A stretch of DNA of 53,025 nt, taken from contig CAYPSN010000002.1 in assembly GCA_964413715.1 (NCBI GenBank), positions 66,850-119,874 of the forward strand, in the 5' to 3' direction. Shown here piece by piece: positions 17,920 through 28,108 of the stretch (positions within the stretch are counted from its first letter, which is position 1; each line of letters starts with the position of its first letter). Position numbers and translations under genes: made by a program. The DNA is from an uncultured Candidatus Saccharibacteria bacterium (lineage in GTDB: Bacteria > Patescibacteriota > Saccharimonadia > CAILAD01 > JADZBC01). The notes beneath the pieces were generated by a model, which saw only the letters and a list, made by a program, of their open reading frames with translations, did not search any database and was not told the origin of the DNA.

Positions 17920-19398
17920 ATGAACGACATTCGACCGAAAAAAGTGCCTGCACCAGGAGCGAAAAAGCCAGACATCGAGACTCCGCCGCCAGCTTTTACC
18001 TATGATCCCCTAAGTGATAAAGATGATTTAAGCAACCTAGGCGATAGCTCAAACATTCCTGAAAACCCTGCTGCACCGGCAAAAAGCCGACGAACTCGCA
18101 GTGGCAACAAAAAGCCCTTTAAGCAGCAGCGTTGGTGGAAGTGGCTCCTAGGACTAACTGTCCTTGGCGGAATCTTGATGTTCGCCTTCCTGTCTTTCCA
18201 GGTTAACAAGATAACGACCAACCCATTCAGCTGGGGCAAGCTCAAAGGTGAAAAAGAAGGCCGAGTTAATATTCTCTTACTCGGCGTTGGCGATCCTGGC
18301 CACGCAGGAGAGGGCTTGGCCGACACCAACATGGTCGTTAGCTTAAACACCAAGACCAACCAAGTTGCCATGATCAGTATTCCTCGAGATCTAAGAGTAA
18401 AGGTACCCGGCTATGGTTACCAAAAAATTAACAATGCCCATGCCGAGGGCGACATTCCGTTGGCCATCAAGACGGTCGAGAATACTCTCGACATTCCGAT
18501 TCACTACTACGTGCGTGCCAACTTTACCGGCCTAGAACAAGCCGTTGATGCCGTTGGTGGAATTACCATTGACGTTAAAGAACCGCTCTACGACCCTGAA
18601 TATCCCTGTGACAAGAACCAGTACCGTAGCTGCGGTTTTAAACTCAAAGCCGGTACTACCCGAATGGACGGCGCCCTGGCGCTAAAATACGCCCGTTGTC
18701 GCAAAGGCACCTGTGGTGACGACTTTGGTCGTGCGTTGCGCCAGCAGGAAGTCTTACAGGCCGTGCGTACCAAGGCAATGAGCATGTCTACCCTTACCAA
18801 CCCAGCTAAGCTTAACGCTTTACTTGGCTCAGCCGCGAATAACATTAAAACTGACCTCAGCATAAACAACATCATGCGCTTAAGTGATTTTTCGAAGAAA
18901 TTTGGCGATAGTAGCTCAACGATCAACGTGGTGTTTAGCCTTAAACCAAATGGCTTCTTAGAAAGTTCGGGTACCAGCAGTGACTTAGTGCCGGCCGATG
19001 GCGACTTTAGCGCAATACAAAACTTTGTAGCCAACGTATTTGTGTTGGGACTAGTCTGGAAAGAAGAACCAACTGTGATAATCGAAAACGGCACCACTAC
19101 CCCCGGCCTGGCCAAGAAGCTCACTACAACGATCGAAAATGGCAAATACCAAGACCTAATCAACATTTTAGCTATGACCAACGCGCCAACAAAAGACTAT
19201 GCTACAAGTAAGATTATTGATTACACCGGTGGCAAAAAACCAGCTACGGCCAAGTACCTGCAGAGCTTAGTAGGTGTTGAGCCAACTGACCCGGCCAAAA
19301 CAGCCGCAGGAAAACCAGAGACTTCCGTAGCAGACTTTGTGATTATCCTCGGCGCCGACTACGTAGCCAAAACAAGCACCACGCAGCAAAAACAATAA
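17920..19398 (+). CDS. LytR-CpsA-Psr (LCP) family cell-envelope protein
   Basis: N-terminal TM, NILLLGVGD...DTNMVVSLN...ISIPRDL LCP core. Confidence 0.85.
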   Translation: MNDIRPKKVPAPGAKKPDIETPPPAFTYDPLSDKDDLSNLGDSSNIPENPAAPAKSRRTRSGNKKPFKQQRWWKWLLGLTVLGGILMFAFLSFQVNKITTNPFSWGKLKGEKEGRVNILLLGVGDPGHAGEGLADTNMVVSLNTKTNQVAMISIPRDLRVKVPGYGYQKINNAHAEGDIPLAIKTVENTLDIPIHYYVRANFTGLEQAVDAVGGITIDVKEPLYDPEYPCDKNQYRSCGFKLKAGTTRMDGALALKYARCRKGTCGDDFGRALRQQEVLQAVRTKAMSMSTLTNPAKLNALLGSAANNIKTDLSINNIMRLSDFSKKFGDSSSTINVVFSLKPNGFLESSGTSSDLVPADGDFSAIQNFVANVFVLGLVWKEEPTVIIENGTTTPGLAKKLTTTIENGKYQDLINILAMTNAPTKDYATSKIIDYTGGKKPATAKYLQSLVGVEPTDPAKTAAGKPETSVADFVIILGADYVAKTSTTQQKQ

Positions 19399-19471
19399 TT
19401 ATTTCGCGGCCAAATAAAAACGCAAGGCAGGCACGCGTGACTTATCTACCAGATAAGGCTATACTATACAT

Positions 19472-19654
19472 ATGAACACTACCGGCATGACAAAAGAAGA
19501 AATCACCAAGCGTCTTGCCGAAGTCGAAGCCCAGCTCGAAAAATACTTTAATAAGGCCGATGTAACCGACCCTGCAATCGTTAAAAGCATGAGTGCGCGG
19601 GCCTTTGACGCACTCATCTCCGAACGCGACCGACTCAAGCGCTCCTTAGCCTAG
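19472..19654 (+). CDS. Small helical hypothetical protein (60 aa)
   Basis: ORF followed by hairpin CACCCA...TGGGTG. Charged helical sequence. Confidence 0.45.
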   Translation: MNTTGMTKEEITKRLAEVEAQLEKYFNKADVTDPAIVKSMSARAFDALISERDRLKRSLA

Positions 19655-19763
19655 CAATAATCACACGTAGTCACCCATACGCTCATGCTTGTGGGTGGTC
19701 TTTGATTATTGTAGTATCACCTTGTTCCTAGACATTTAAGCCAACAATGCACGGAGGTGCAGT

Positions 19764-20459
19764 GTGAAACAAGCAGCAATCGTAGCTGGCAAAGTCTTTG
19801 CGGGCTTCGTCCTGATAGCAATGGTCGCCTTCGGCTTCCACGTCGTACACCACGGCGCCAACGCCAGATGGCATGGCTATAGCCAAGCGCGTCGTGACGA
19901 GCGGGAAACGTGGATCAAGAGCCTGCAGAAGAGCAAGCTGGAAATCCTGCGCCGAGCCGACAACGAGGTGCGAACCGCCAAAGCTGGCTGGGGTGGACCC
20001 GAAAGAGTCAACGTGATCAAGCGAGGCGCCATGAGCAACATCAACGGCGTGCTCTACACCACCACCGACCTGGAAGTGATCGATCAAGGCCTGACCATCC
20101 AACGCTTGGTGCCAACCGAGATCACCGACCGATCGCCCTTCAAGTTCTGGTGGTGCAATAACAACTACCCCAAATGCAACCCAGGCATCGGCTTCAGCAC
20201 CACGATCGACGACAGTCGCAAGCCCTGGGAACAAGAGGTCAACAGGATCCTCTTCCAGCGAGACAACGACATCAAGAAATTGCCAGCGGTTGAGGAGTTC
20301 GAACGGACGCACACTGTGGACCAGCGTCCTGCCTCGCTGTGGGGAGCCGCCTTTCACTACGGGTTCATCATCTGGTGGACGGCAATGATGCTGGCTATCA
20401 GCTTTATTGCGTACCCAAGGTGGCGCAAGGGCTTCGTCGAGAACATCCTCCTCTTGTAA
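19764..20459 (+). CDS. GC-rich membrane protein with N- and C-terminal TM segments
   Basis: GTG 19764 after GGAGG. TMs AGFVLIAMVAFGF and YGFIIWWTAMMLAISFIAY. Followed by hairpin ATCGCC...GGCGAT. Confidence 0.6.
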   Translation: MKQAAIVAGKVFAGFVLIAMVAFGFHVVHHGANARWHGYSQARRDERETWIKSLQKSKLEILRRADNEVRTAKAGWGGPERVNVIKRGAMSNINGVLYTTTDLEVIDQGLTIQRLVPTEITDRSPFKFWWCNNNYPKCNPGIGFSTTIDDSRKPWEQEVNRILFQRDNDIKKLPAVEEFERTHTVDQRPASLWGAAFHYGFIIWWTAMMLAISFIAYPRWRKGFVENILLL

Positions 20460-20582
20460 CAAAATTCGCCACTTCTGGCGCGAGACTAAAAAATCGCCCC
20501 GGAGGTGGCGATTCTCGTTGAGGGTGATATTTATTGTTGCTAATTAGCGATCAGTTATACAAAAACGTATTTAAGACCAAGA

Positions 20583-20969
20583 TTACTTAAAGGAAAACTT
20601 CGTAGCACACCACTCGCCGTCTAAATCGCAGGTGGTTTTACTCACAAGTCCACTTGATTCACCGACTTCTTTTACGGAGTCTTCGCTTAGATCACCCTTT
20701 GACTCAGACTTTTGCCACGACACCCATAAAGCACCGTCTTTGTTCAAGCAGTTTTTAAGATACTCAAACTGCTGCTCTAAGTCGGCACGTGTTTCGGCAA
20801 AGTAATTAATTAGGTCGAATTCAACTTCTTCGAGGAAGTTTTCGACCCGTACAGAGTCAGGCAGATCACCGAGCTTATCTTCAAATCCTTCTGGTGGGTT
20901 GATAATAGTAATGCAATACTCGGGCTTAATGCCCAGCTTCTCGACCAATGATTTCTGTGCGCTATTCAT
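20583..20969 (-). CDS. DUF3052-like hypothetical protein
   Basis: Start moved to MNSAQK (20969). The family call is from memory and weak. Confidence 0.45.
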   Translation of the reverse strand: MNSAQKSLVEKLGIKPEYCITIINPPEGFEDKLGDLPDSVRVENFLEEVEFDLINYFAETRADLEQQFEYLKNCLNKDGALWVSWQKSESKGDLSEDSVKEVGESSGLVSKTTCDLDGEWCATKFSFK

Positions 20970-21039
20970 AGCTCTTGCCTCTTCAACCTTACTATACAAC
21001 TTTTACTGCAAGAAAGCTATTTAGACGGCGTGAACGAAG

Positions 21040-21068
21040 AAGGACCCCGAGTTTACCTCGGGGTCCTT
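21040..21068 (-). terminator. Hairpin terminator downstream of 21078-21428
   Basis: AAGGACCCCGAG-TTTAC-CTCGGGGTCCTT. Confidence 0.6.
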
Positions 21069-21077
21069 TAGGGGCTG

Positions 21078-21428
21078 TTACGACGGTCGCTGCCGCCTTG
21101 GTGAACGCCACTGCCAGAAGTAGACCAGCCTGAGCACAGGCCATGCCAGCACAGGCGCCTTGTGCGAACGCGAGCGACGAAGCACTACCACGCAGTAGTC
21201 CACCACATCTACGTCTTCCAGGTGCAGACCACGACGCTCTTCTGGCGTTAACTCACGAAGATGCTCTACCAGGAACTTGTCCTTCTTGAGCCAGCCATTC
21301 GGCTGATAGTCTTCGATCACATCGCAGCCTGCCCTGACTACTTGGCCAACTGCAAACTCAGGGGCCTGACTGGCTTCGTGTAGGCCGTAATACCTTGTCC
21401 CCACGCAGAGGACATAGCGTTTTGCCAT
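21078..21428 (-). CDS. GC-rich hypothetical protein (116 aa)
   Basis: ATG preceded by GAGGAGG. High GC3. No motif recognised. Confidence 0.5.
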   Translation of the reverse strand: MAKRYVLCVGTRYYGLHEASQAPEFAVGQVVRAGCDVIEDYQPNGWLKKDKFLVEHLRELTPEERRGLHLEDVDVVDYCVVVLRRSRSHKAPVLAWPVLRLVYFWQWRSPRRQRPS

Positions 21429-21540
21429 GATTCCTCCTCACACTTGCGATGATTTGGGATGAGTTAGTTATAAGGCAATCGCTGCGATTAATCCAGCATA
21501 AGTACTTTTTCGTAGTGCGTTCGGTAGTTATAATGAATAC

Positions 21541-22731
21541 ATGGATAGCAATACTCCCCTAGCCGAACAAATGCGCCCCAAACGTCTTGCTGATGTCATG
21601 GGGCAAAACCACTTACTCGGCGAAAACCAGTTTTTGCGAAGCGTGATAGAGCTTGGCAGGCCAACCAGCATGATTCTATGGGGGCCACCAGGCAGTGGCA
21701 AAACCACGCTAGCCCGCATTATCGCCACTGCAAGCGGATATGAATTCGAAGAAATCAGCGCGGTCACATCTGGACTGGCGGATGTCAAAAAAGTTATTGC
21801 GCGCGCCCAAGAGGCCAAGCAGGAAGATAAAAACTCCCTACTCTTTGTAGACGAGATTCATCGCTTCAATAAAGCCCAGCAAGATGCTTTTCTGCCTCAT
21901 GTAGAAAACGGCACCATCGTAATGATCGGCGCTACGACAGAGAACCCTAGCTTCGAGGTGATTGGCCCGCTGCTCAGCCGGAGTCGAGTGGTTGTACTCG
22001 AACCACTCAGTAAAGAAGATGTAGTCGCGATACTCAAGCGGGCAGCAAAGCAGTTAAAAGGCGTAAAGGTTAGCCCCAAAGCCATAGAGCTGTTGGCTTA
22101 TTTTTCAGGAGGCGATGCGCGCATGGCACTGACTGGTCTTGAAGCGGCGGCTGCGATTGAACACAAAAACATCTCGCCCGAAACCATCAAGCAAGCTATG
22201 CAGCAGAAAACAGCTCGATATGATAAAGGCGGCGAGTATCATTTCAATCTCATATCTGCCTACATTAAATCCATGCGCGGTGGTGACGCCGACGCTGCGC
22301 TATACTACCTGGCTCGCATGCTGGCTGGCGGCGAGGACCCTAAATTCATAGCTCGACGAATCGTCGTGTTTGCTAGCGAAGACATTGGCCTAGCTAGCCC
22401 TGGCGCACTCACCCTGGCGGTTTCTACCTTTCAAGCGGTAGAAAGAATCGGTATGCCCGAGTGTCAAATTGTACTCTCTCAGGCAACCATCACAATGGCA
22501 CGAAGTAAAAAGTCGCGCAGTAGTTATGACGCGATCATGGCGGCGAACCAAGCCGTACAGCAGCATCCAGACGCCCAAGTCCCATTGCATTTACGCAATG
22601 CCCCCACCAAGCTCATGAAGAATCTGGGCTACGGCAAAGACGCAAAGTGGGAAGCTGGCTACAAGCATCCAGATGGCTTCATACCCAAAGAACTTAAAAA
22701 CCAAAAAATCTACCCTGGCGAACCAGAATAG
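21541..22731 (+). CDS. rarA: Replication-associated recombination protein A (AAA+ ATPase, MgsA/RarA)
   Basis: Walker A GPPGSGKTT, Walker B LFVDEIHRFNKAQQD, MgsA C-terminal region. Confidence 0.9.
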   Translation: MDSNTPLAEQMRPKRLADVMGQNHLLGENQFLRSVIELGRPTSMILWGPPGSGKTTLARIIATASGYEFEEISAVTSGLADVKKVIARAQEAKQEDKNSLLFVDEIHRFNKAQQDAFLPHVENGTIVMIGATTENPSFEVIGPLLSRSRVVVLEPLSKEDVVAILKRAAKQLKGVKVSPKAIELLAYFSGGDARMALTGLEAAAAIEHKNISPETIKQAMQQKTARYDKGGEYHFNLISAYIKSMRGGDADAALYYLARMLAGGEDPKFIARRIVVFASEDIGLASPGALTLAVSTFQAVERIGMPECQIVLSQATITMARSKKSRSSYDAIMAANQAVQQHPDAQVPLHLRNAPTKLMKNLGYGKDAKWEAGYKHPDGFIPKELKNQKIYPGEPE

Positions 22732-22749
22732 ATTATAAGTTTTGAGCTT

Positions 22750-22772
22750 GCGGGGAGGCACTTCCTCCCCGC
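22750..22772. terminator. Bidirectional hairpin between convergent rarA and the GC-rich pair
   Basis: GCGGGGAGG-CACTT-CCTCCCCGC. Confidence 0.55.
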
Positions 22773-22782
22773 CGCTCAAGCC

Positions 22783-22902
22783 CTACTCGTTCCGAGAGAG
22801 CCACGCTTCGTGCGCCTTGGCGTCGACCCATGCCAAACCGACCACACCAGCCACAGCCCCGGCGACTGCCGTGACCAGCACAGCCACCATCCAGCGCCTC
22901 AT
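22783..22902 (-). CDS. 39-aa single-TM peptide, translationally coupled
   Basis: Not in the ORF track (too short). Its ATG overlaps the upstream stop as ATGA at 22899-22902. Sequence MRRWMVAVLVTAVAGAVAGVVGLAW. Confidence 0.4.
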   Translation of the reverse strand: MRRWMVAVLVTAVAGAVAGVVGLAWVDAKAHEAWLSRNE

Positions 22903-23498
22903 GAACTGAAGTCGCCTGGGAGGCGACCCGTCCGCCGGTACTCCTCGGCCATCCGTCGCTCAGCTGCGGCCCCGACGGCGTCGAAGTACGCACCATCCGA
23001 GAGCGGATCCCGACAGCGCCTCCCCCGACTCGGACCAATCCCGAGCACATCGTCAGCCGAAGCAGGCAAGAGCCCGGAGAACTGCCAGTCCCGTGGGCGG
23101 AATCGGTTTGCAGCAGATGGCCCGCCCCTGCCATCGAACACTTTGTGTTCGACCTGGTCGACGGCATCCCAGAACACCCAGTTGACGCCGAACAAGGTCG
23201 TCAGGCCGAACATCGCAGCCAGCCTGGGATGCCGGCGCACCACGCCGAGCAACGGCGAGAAGATCATGAACACAGCGCCCAAGATCGAACCGATGCCAAC
23301 CCAGACGCGCCTGCTGGGCTTGTCACTGCTGTAGTGACGGCCATGCCCTTCCGCCTCGCGCCTGGCAGACGCATCGGAGAACATGGCGATGAGCCAGAAC
23401 ACGACAGCCCCGATCAGGCTGCCCGCTGCAACTCGCATGAATTTCCGCACATTTCCCCCTAAGGTCTCGTTGATTGCGGTAGGCATATTTTGCACCAA
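22899..23498 (-). CDS. GC-rich membrane protein, unknown function
   Basis: 199-aa ORF with hydrophobic helices (LIGAVVFWLIAMF, VGIGSILGAVFMIF). The true start may be the internal GTG/ATG near 23450, where GC content rises. Confidence 0.5.
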   Translation of the reverse strand: MVQNMPTAINETLGGNVRKFMRVAAGSLIGAVVFWLIAMFSDASARREAEGHGRHYSSDKPSRRVWVGIGSILGAVFMIFSPLLGVVRRHPRLAAMFGLTTLFGVNWVFWDAVDQVEHKVFDGRGGPSAANRFRPRDWQFSGLLPASADDVLGIGPSRGRRCRDPLSDGAYFDAVGAAAERRMAEEYRRTGRLPGDFSS

Positions 23499-23527
23499 TA
23501 CTGCTTGTTATTCAAGCATAAGGAGAC

Positions 23528-24109
23528 TTAGGCTTGCTTGGTTAGTCGCAAGATTTGCTTGTTTGACTTGAGTAATTTTAGTTGGTCTTTCATCCAATAC
23601 GAATATACTCCAGGATCATGCGGGTCGTTTTCTACCTCCTTAAGCAGCCACCGCCAGCTTACCCACTTAAAATCAGCCACTTCGTGGGGATTAGGAGTCG
23701 GATCTTCATCAAGCACACCAGCATATATCGGACAAAATTCGTGCTCTACGATGCCATCGTAGGGCGGAGTTTTATAAATGTACTCACTCACGACGTTAAC
23801 AAGGTTTTTCACTGGCGGCAAACCAAGTTCATAGGCTAAGCGGCGAGTAATGGCGTCCTCATATGACTCCCTAGGAGCTGGGTGACCACACACACTGTTA
23901 GTCCATACGTTTGGCCAAATTTTCTTGCTGGCAGCTCTTTGTGTAATCAGCAACTCGCTCCGAGAATTAAACACGTAGCACGAAAAAGCACGGTGGAGTT
24001 TTGTATAAGCATGGTGGCTAGCAATTTTTGGGCCTGTTTCGCCCGTTGCCCTGCCATGCTCGTCAACAAAAACAATTAATTCTTTATTTAGCTGCTCAAT
24101 ACTTACCAT
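23528..24109 (-). CDS. idi: Isopentenyl-diphosphate delta-isomerase, type 1 (Nudix)
   Basis: TNSVCGHP...E...EHEFCPIY motifs. Start moved to MVSIEQ (24109). Confidence 0.85.
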   Translation of the reverse strand: MVSIEQLNKELIVFVDEHGRATGETGPKIASHHAYTKLHRAFSCYVFNSRSELLITQRAASKKIWPNVWTNSVCGHPAPRESYEDAITRRLAYELGLPPVKNLVNVVSEYIYKTPPYDGIVEHEFCPIYAGVLDEDPTPNPHEVADFKWVSWRWLLKEVENDPHDPGVYSYWMKDQLKLLKSNKQILRLTKQA

Positions 24110-24116
24110 GCTCCTA

Positions 24117-24824
24117 TTATACCTCGCCACGCAGGTAGCGCTGTCGCAACGGCTCGTCAAAACGCTCTATCGCATAACGCAGCATGGTGCGCGGCATTAC
24201 CTCGTAGTGCTGCTTCAGAAACTCCTCTTCGATTTCCTGGCCGCAGTTTTTACCTACCTCGCGCAGCATCCAGCCAACAGCTTTATGAATTAAATCATGT
24301 TTGTCATGGAGCAAAATTGTAGCAATGTCGAACGTATCTTTGCTCTGACCTAAGCTAATGAATTTTGCCGTGGCAATGATAGCAATGCGCCTCTCCCACA
24401 AGCTGCCTGACCGAGCAAGTTTACGCAAAATGCTCCGATCTTTGTCGACCAAAAAGTCCCCCACAATATGATGCGCCGAACTATCCACTAAATCCCAGTT
24501 GTTAATTCTATTCGTATGCTTTAAGTAGAAATTGTATAACTCTTTTTGCTCAATCGGTGATGCTTTTTTAAACTGGAGAACCAATATGAACAATGCCGTT
24601 AAGCGAGCTTCATGCTTGGAGTTCAATAAAAGTTCACGAATATCCTCAAGTGGCAGGTCGGCAAACTGCTTTGCGATCTTCCTTTGCACAGGAACCGTTA
24701 TCCCTAAGAACTCATCCCCTTCGCCATATTCACCTGAACCTGTTTTAAAAAACCACTCCGAACCCTTAGCTCGTGCTGGGTCGGCCTGTGCAATGAGAGC
24801 TGCTAATACATTACTGGCCTTCAT
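24117..24824 (-). CDS. DNA alkylation repair protein (AlkD-like HEAT repeat)
   Basis: INNWDLVD motif and HEAT-like repeats. 235 aa. Confidence 0.75.
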   Translation of the reverse strand: MKASNVLAALIAQADPARAKGSEWFFKTGSGEYGEGDEFLGITVPVQRKIAKQFADLPLEDIRELLLNSKHEARLTALFILVLQFKKASPIEQKELYNFYLKHTNRINNWDLVDSSAHHIVGDFLVDKDRSILRKLARSGSLWERRIAIIATAKFISLGQSKDTFDIATILLHDKHDLIHKAVGWMLREVGKNCGQEIEEEFLKQHYEVMPRTMLRYAIERFDEPLRQRYLRGEV

Positions 24825-25833
24825 GAGGTATAAAACCTTTTACTATTTCCATCAGTTGATCAGGTGGTATGCTGCTTTCTGAAGATCGAGGGCTACCACC
24901 AATGGTGTCCCCGCCACCCCAACAATCATGAGGCGGACATTGCTCTAGCTGATTGAGGTGAGCAAAAAGGCCAGGTAGGTCAAAATCTATATATGGCGAC
25001 AGCCTTCCGATAGCATATCGATACCGACCATTCGGGAGCTCTCGAACACTTACGTAGGCCTGCATTCCATCTGAAAGCATACCAACCTTTGCATGCCGAC
25101 CTGTCTCACGAACGAGCGAAACTATACCGGTTATTGCTAACGTTTCATAGCGAGTATCAAGCTCTATGGTGCCGCCTTGCCCACATAGATGATCAATAAT
25201 GCGAGCTTCAACCGCATCAATAACGGCCATGAATTCTTCGGGGTTTTTGCGCGTTAAACCACCTTCTGCCCTAAAACGATGGTATGGCTCAAACACCCAA
25301 AAGAATTCTGGTAATACCTCGTACTCCTCGGGCCAAGGGTAGAATCCCCCCGTACTATCCATCACGCCTTCCATCTCTACTAATCGATTGAGTGCTGGAT
25401 TCTCAATCTTGCGCGCAAAAGCTGGGTGTCGGAGTATAAAAACAGTGGTACAAACGTCTTCATCACAATCGTTTGCTAGAACCTTTGCAGTGGGGTTATG
25501 ATCAACCAAAAGTTTTTCGAATAAACCAATGCGGAGCTCTCGCAATGCCTGTTCGCAGGTAGCGAGTGTTGAATTGCGATCAACGCGTTCATGGTGATTA
25601 AGGTTAACCACAACTTTATGTAAGTCACGCTCAATAGGACCTTCTACACGGCCATCGATTGCAATGGTACGAGCCTCAGTAGTCGCTAGAAAGTCCTCCC
25701 ATGACGACACGACACCAGGCTCAATTTCTACGACTACGCCCTCAGCTCGTGATCGCTCGATTTCATTACGGTCGGCCAACGGAATCGATGGTTTCGGATC
25801 ATAATTTAGAGATATTTCTGGTTTAGGAGGCAT
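24811..25833 (-). CDS. Hypothetical protein (340 aa)
   Basis: Long ORF with backbone-like GC. Overlaps neighbouring genes by a few nt (operon-like). Confidence 0.55.
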   Translation of the reverse strand: MPPKPEISLNYDPKPSIPLADRNEIERSRAEGVVVEIEPGVVSSWEDFLATTEARTIAIDGRVEGPIERDLHKVVVNLNHHERVDRNSTLATCEQALRELRIGLFEKLLVDHNPTAKVLANDCDEDVCTTVFILRHPAFARKIENPALNRLVEMEGVMDSTGGFYPWPEEYEVLPEFFWVFEPYHRFRAEGGLTRKNPEEFMAVIDAVEARIIDHLCGQGGTIELDTRYETLAITGIVSLVRETGRHAKVGMLSDGMQAYVSVRELPNGRYRYAIGRLSPYIDFDLPGLFAHLNQLEQCPPHDCWGGGDTIGGSPRSSESSIPPDQLMEIVKGFIPHEGQ

Positions 25834-26066
25834 TATTTTGCTCGATGGTCAGTTCTTCCCCAGGATATGTGTGCCCAGACACGTTCATGAAGATAATAGA
25901 TGATTGTGCTTATAACGGCGGTCCAGCCCGTCAGCTGCAATGCACTATCTAGGCTATGGGTAAGTAAATATGTAACAACAAAAAGTTCTATTGAGATTAC
26001 TAACCGATAAGTAAAAGTCTTAGCTAGAGATCGATAGCTGTGTTCGTGGTGTTTGGGTCGTTGCAT
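25833..26066 (-). CDS. DUF2061-like small membrane protein
   Basis: RSLAKTFTYRLV... pattern. Start moved to MQRPKH (26066). Confidence 0.5.
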   Translation of the reverse strand: MQRPKHHEHSYRSLAKTFTYRLVISIELFVVTYLLTHSLDSALQLTGWTAVISTIIYYLHERVWAHISWGRTDHRAK

Positions 26067-26117
26067 ACACCCATTATACGCTATGCCACGCACTTCAAAA
26101 GTAGTGATGGCTGTAGA

Positions 26118-26363
26118 TTAACGGCGTTTTTTGCCAGGGAAAAACTTGGCTACCAAGTCGCCGAGAGCTATCAGCGGTGAGGCTACGTCCTTAACCGCTC
26201 CACTCACTTCACTCAAATCATCGAGTACGCCAGAGATCTGACTTGGAACTTCTTTGATGTCTTTCATGAAGCGAATAAAAAGTGTAGTCGCCACAATTGC
26301 TAGGACCAGGAATATGGCCAAAGTGACCGAAAGAATAATTACTAAGATTTCGAAAGCATTCAT
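26118..26363 (-). CDS. Small membrane protein (81 aa)
   Basis: N-terminal TM ILVIILSVTLAIFLVLAIVATTLFI. Confidence 0.5.
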   Translation of the reverse strand: MNAFEILVIILSVTLAIFLVLAIVATTLFIRFMKDIKEVPSQISGVLDDLSEVSGAVKDVASPLIALGDLVAKFFPGKKRR

Positions 26364-26468
26364 GATAATATTCTACAACTATTGTGCTAATTTGTCAATC
26401 ATGCACTTCGTTAACGATAAAGACGCCCCCTTGCGGAGCGTCTTTCTCATCCGTACTAGCAACTTTGC

Positions 26469-26870
26469 CTAGTCGACAGCCTTAACCTCGTCACCATGAA
26501 CCGTGAGAGCATAAATAACTAACACATTTATGGTAATGACGATGATCGACCAAATTGGGTAAATATTTACCGAAGCCAAGTTGGCTGCAGCACCTACAAG
26601 TGCGAGCAGAACACCAACGACTCGAGCCCAAACAGAGCCTTTCATTACACCGAACCCAGCGAGTAATACGGTGAGTCCAAGCAGCAAGTAGGTCCATCCC
26701 CACGTGCTGAAGTTGAACACCAATAGGTTCGCTTCGGTGGTTACTAGCCATTTGCTATTTAATAATACGGTAAGACCAGCGATCATCTGGAATGTACCTA
26801 GCAAGGTCATCATAAAACCTGCAAAGAACACCCAGCCTACCCAGCCGGTTACGTTGTTCTTGCTTGCCAT
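26469..26870 (-). CDS. Four-helix membrane protein, unknown function
   Basis: 133 aa with multiple hydrophobic helices. Confidence 0.55.
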   Translation of the reverse strand: MASKNNVTGWVGWVFFAGFMMTLLGTFQMIAGLTVLLNSKWLVTTEANLLVFNFSTWGWTYLLLGLTVLLAGFGVMKGSVWARVVGVLLALVGAAANLASVNIYPIWSIIVITINVLVIYALTVHGDEVKAVD

Positions 26871-26937
26871 AATACCTACTCCTTAATTACTCTTTTATTG
26901 TCCTCCTGCACCCGAACAATTGTCAATATTGAGTCAT

Positions 26938-28095
26938 TTAACGAGTGGAGCGCTGGGGAGAGGCAATAATACTCGTAAAAGCTGCGAGCCCGATAGAAGC
27001 CAGCATAACCTGCACGGCCTTAAGTGGCGTCTGGTTTGGCATAAAAGCCAAATAGAACACGGCTACAGTGCCCACTACTCCATAAATGTAAGCTCGGTTT
27101 TTTATGAGAAAACTATGTGTGGACTTAAAGAACCGCTGAACCGATTTAAACCAATGAAGTTTTCTTATATTGCGTGGAACAACTCGAGCCACAAGGCCTT
27201 TGTGCCACAAGAACGCTATAAGCATCACAATTGCAGAAACAATAATTGCCAACCGAGCGAAGTCTAAAAACGGTGGCATCAACGAGCTCCATAACGAGTT
27301 AAAGATTGGGCGATTGTTCTGATTCTCGAGCATGTTCAAGAGCGCGGGGCGCATAAAATTCACTCCCACGATAGCCAAAACGTTCACAGCTACTACACCA
27401 CCACAGATGCCCAACAAAGCAGTGTAGCGCTTTCTTGCTAAGGCCAACGCGCTCAAGAATGAGGCCATGATTGCATAGGGCAAAAGCGCATAGAGCGCAT
27501 CACTCGCTCGTACGAAAGCGCGCATTTGGTTCAGTCCAGCCCGCAAGCTAGCGTTAAACGTTTCTACACGCTCCACCTGCGTGGCGGCGTTCAAAAGCCC
27601 GGCATTATCGCTTTTTTCGGCAGCACTCTGTAACCACTGCTGAGCTTGAGATAAGTTAATTTTATAGGGTAACACCCGCGCTTGTTCCCCCTTAGCCGGC
27701 GGCATGCGCAGCACCTCAACAAGCCTTTGGTGCGCCGAACGATTAGCGCTCGTCCATAACTGCGTAAAACGATCACTCATGATCAGCTGAGTAGCCAGTG
27801 CATCGGCCTTCTCCCGCAAGAATTTACTGATTGTAGGAGCTAAGAAGACCAACTTGGGCGGTAAGACTTCTCGAATGTCGCCCGTTACATCACTGCCCTC
27901 GAACATTCTATCGACAATCTGACTACTGATAGCCTCGGCGACAGCTTTGTCTTGTGGGAGCTTAGAAACGGTAGCTACCCAATTGTCGGTATTGAGCACT
28001 TGCTGCTCGGTCCAGCGAACAATGCCAAACGTGGCAAACATTAAGCAACCTGTAACGATTAAGAACCAGCTTGTGAAACTTTTGAGCTTTTGCAT
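26938..28095 (-). CDS. Membrane protein, unknown function (385 aa)
   Basis: N-terminal TM plus a C-terminal multi-TM region. Confidence 0.55.
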   Translation of the reverse strand: MQKLKSFTSWFLIVTGCLMFATFGIVRWTEQQVLNTDNWVATVSKLPQDKAVAEAISSQIVDRMFEGSDVTGDIREVLPPKLVFLAPTISKFLREKADALATQLIMSDRFTQLWTSANRSAHQRLVEVLRMPPAKGEQARVLPYKINLSQAQQWLQSAAEKSDNAGLLNAATQVERVETFNASLRAGLNQMRAFVRASDALYALLPYAIMASFLSALALARKRYTALLGICGGVVAVNVLAIVGVNFMRPALLNMLENQNNRPIFNSLWSSLMPPFLDFARLAIIVSAIVMLIAFLWHKGLVARVVPRNIRKLHWFKSVQRFFKSTHSFLIKNRAYIYGVVGTVAVFYLAFMPNQTPLKAVQVMLASIGLAAFTSIIASPQRSTR

Positions 28096-28108
28096 GCGCT
28101 ACCTCTTT

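Noticed and set aside
19728-20462. 244-aa minus-strand ORF antisense to 19764-20459. Similar long antisense or offset ORFs at 43413-44012, 44091-44648, 22733-23167, 22810-23334, 51500-51880 and 45496-45855
   Set aside because: These are typical shadow ORFs of GC-rich DNA. They lack an RBS, have Arg/Pro/Gly-rich junk composition, and the opposite strand carries recognisable motifs or TM helices.
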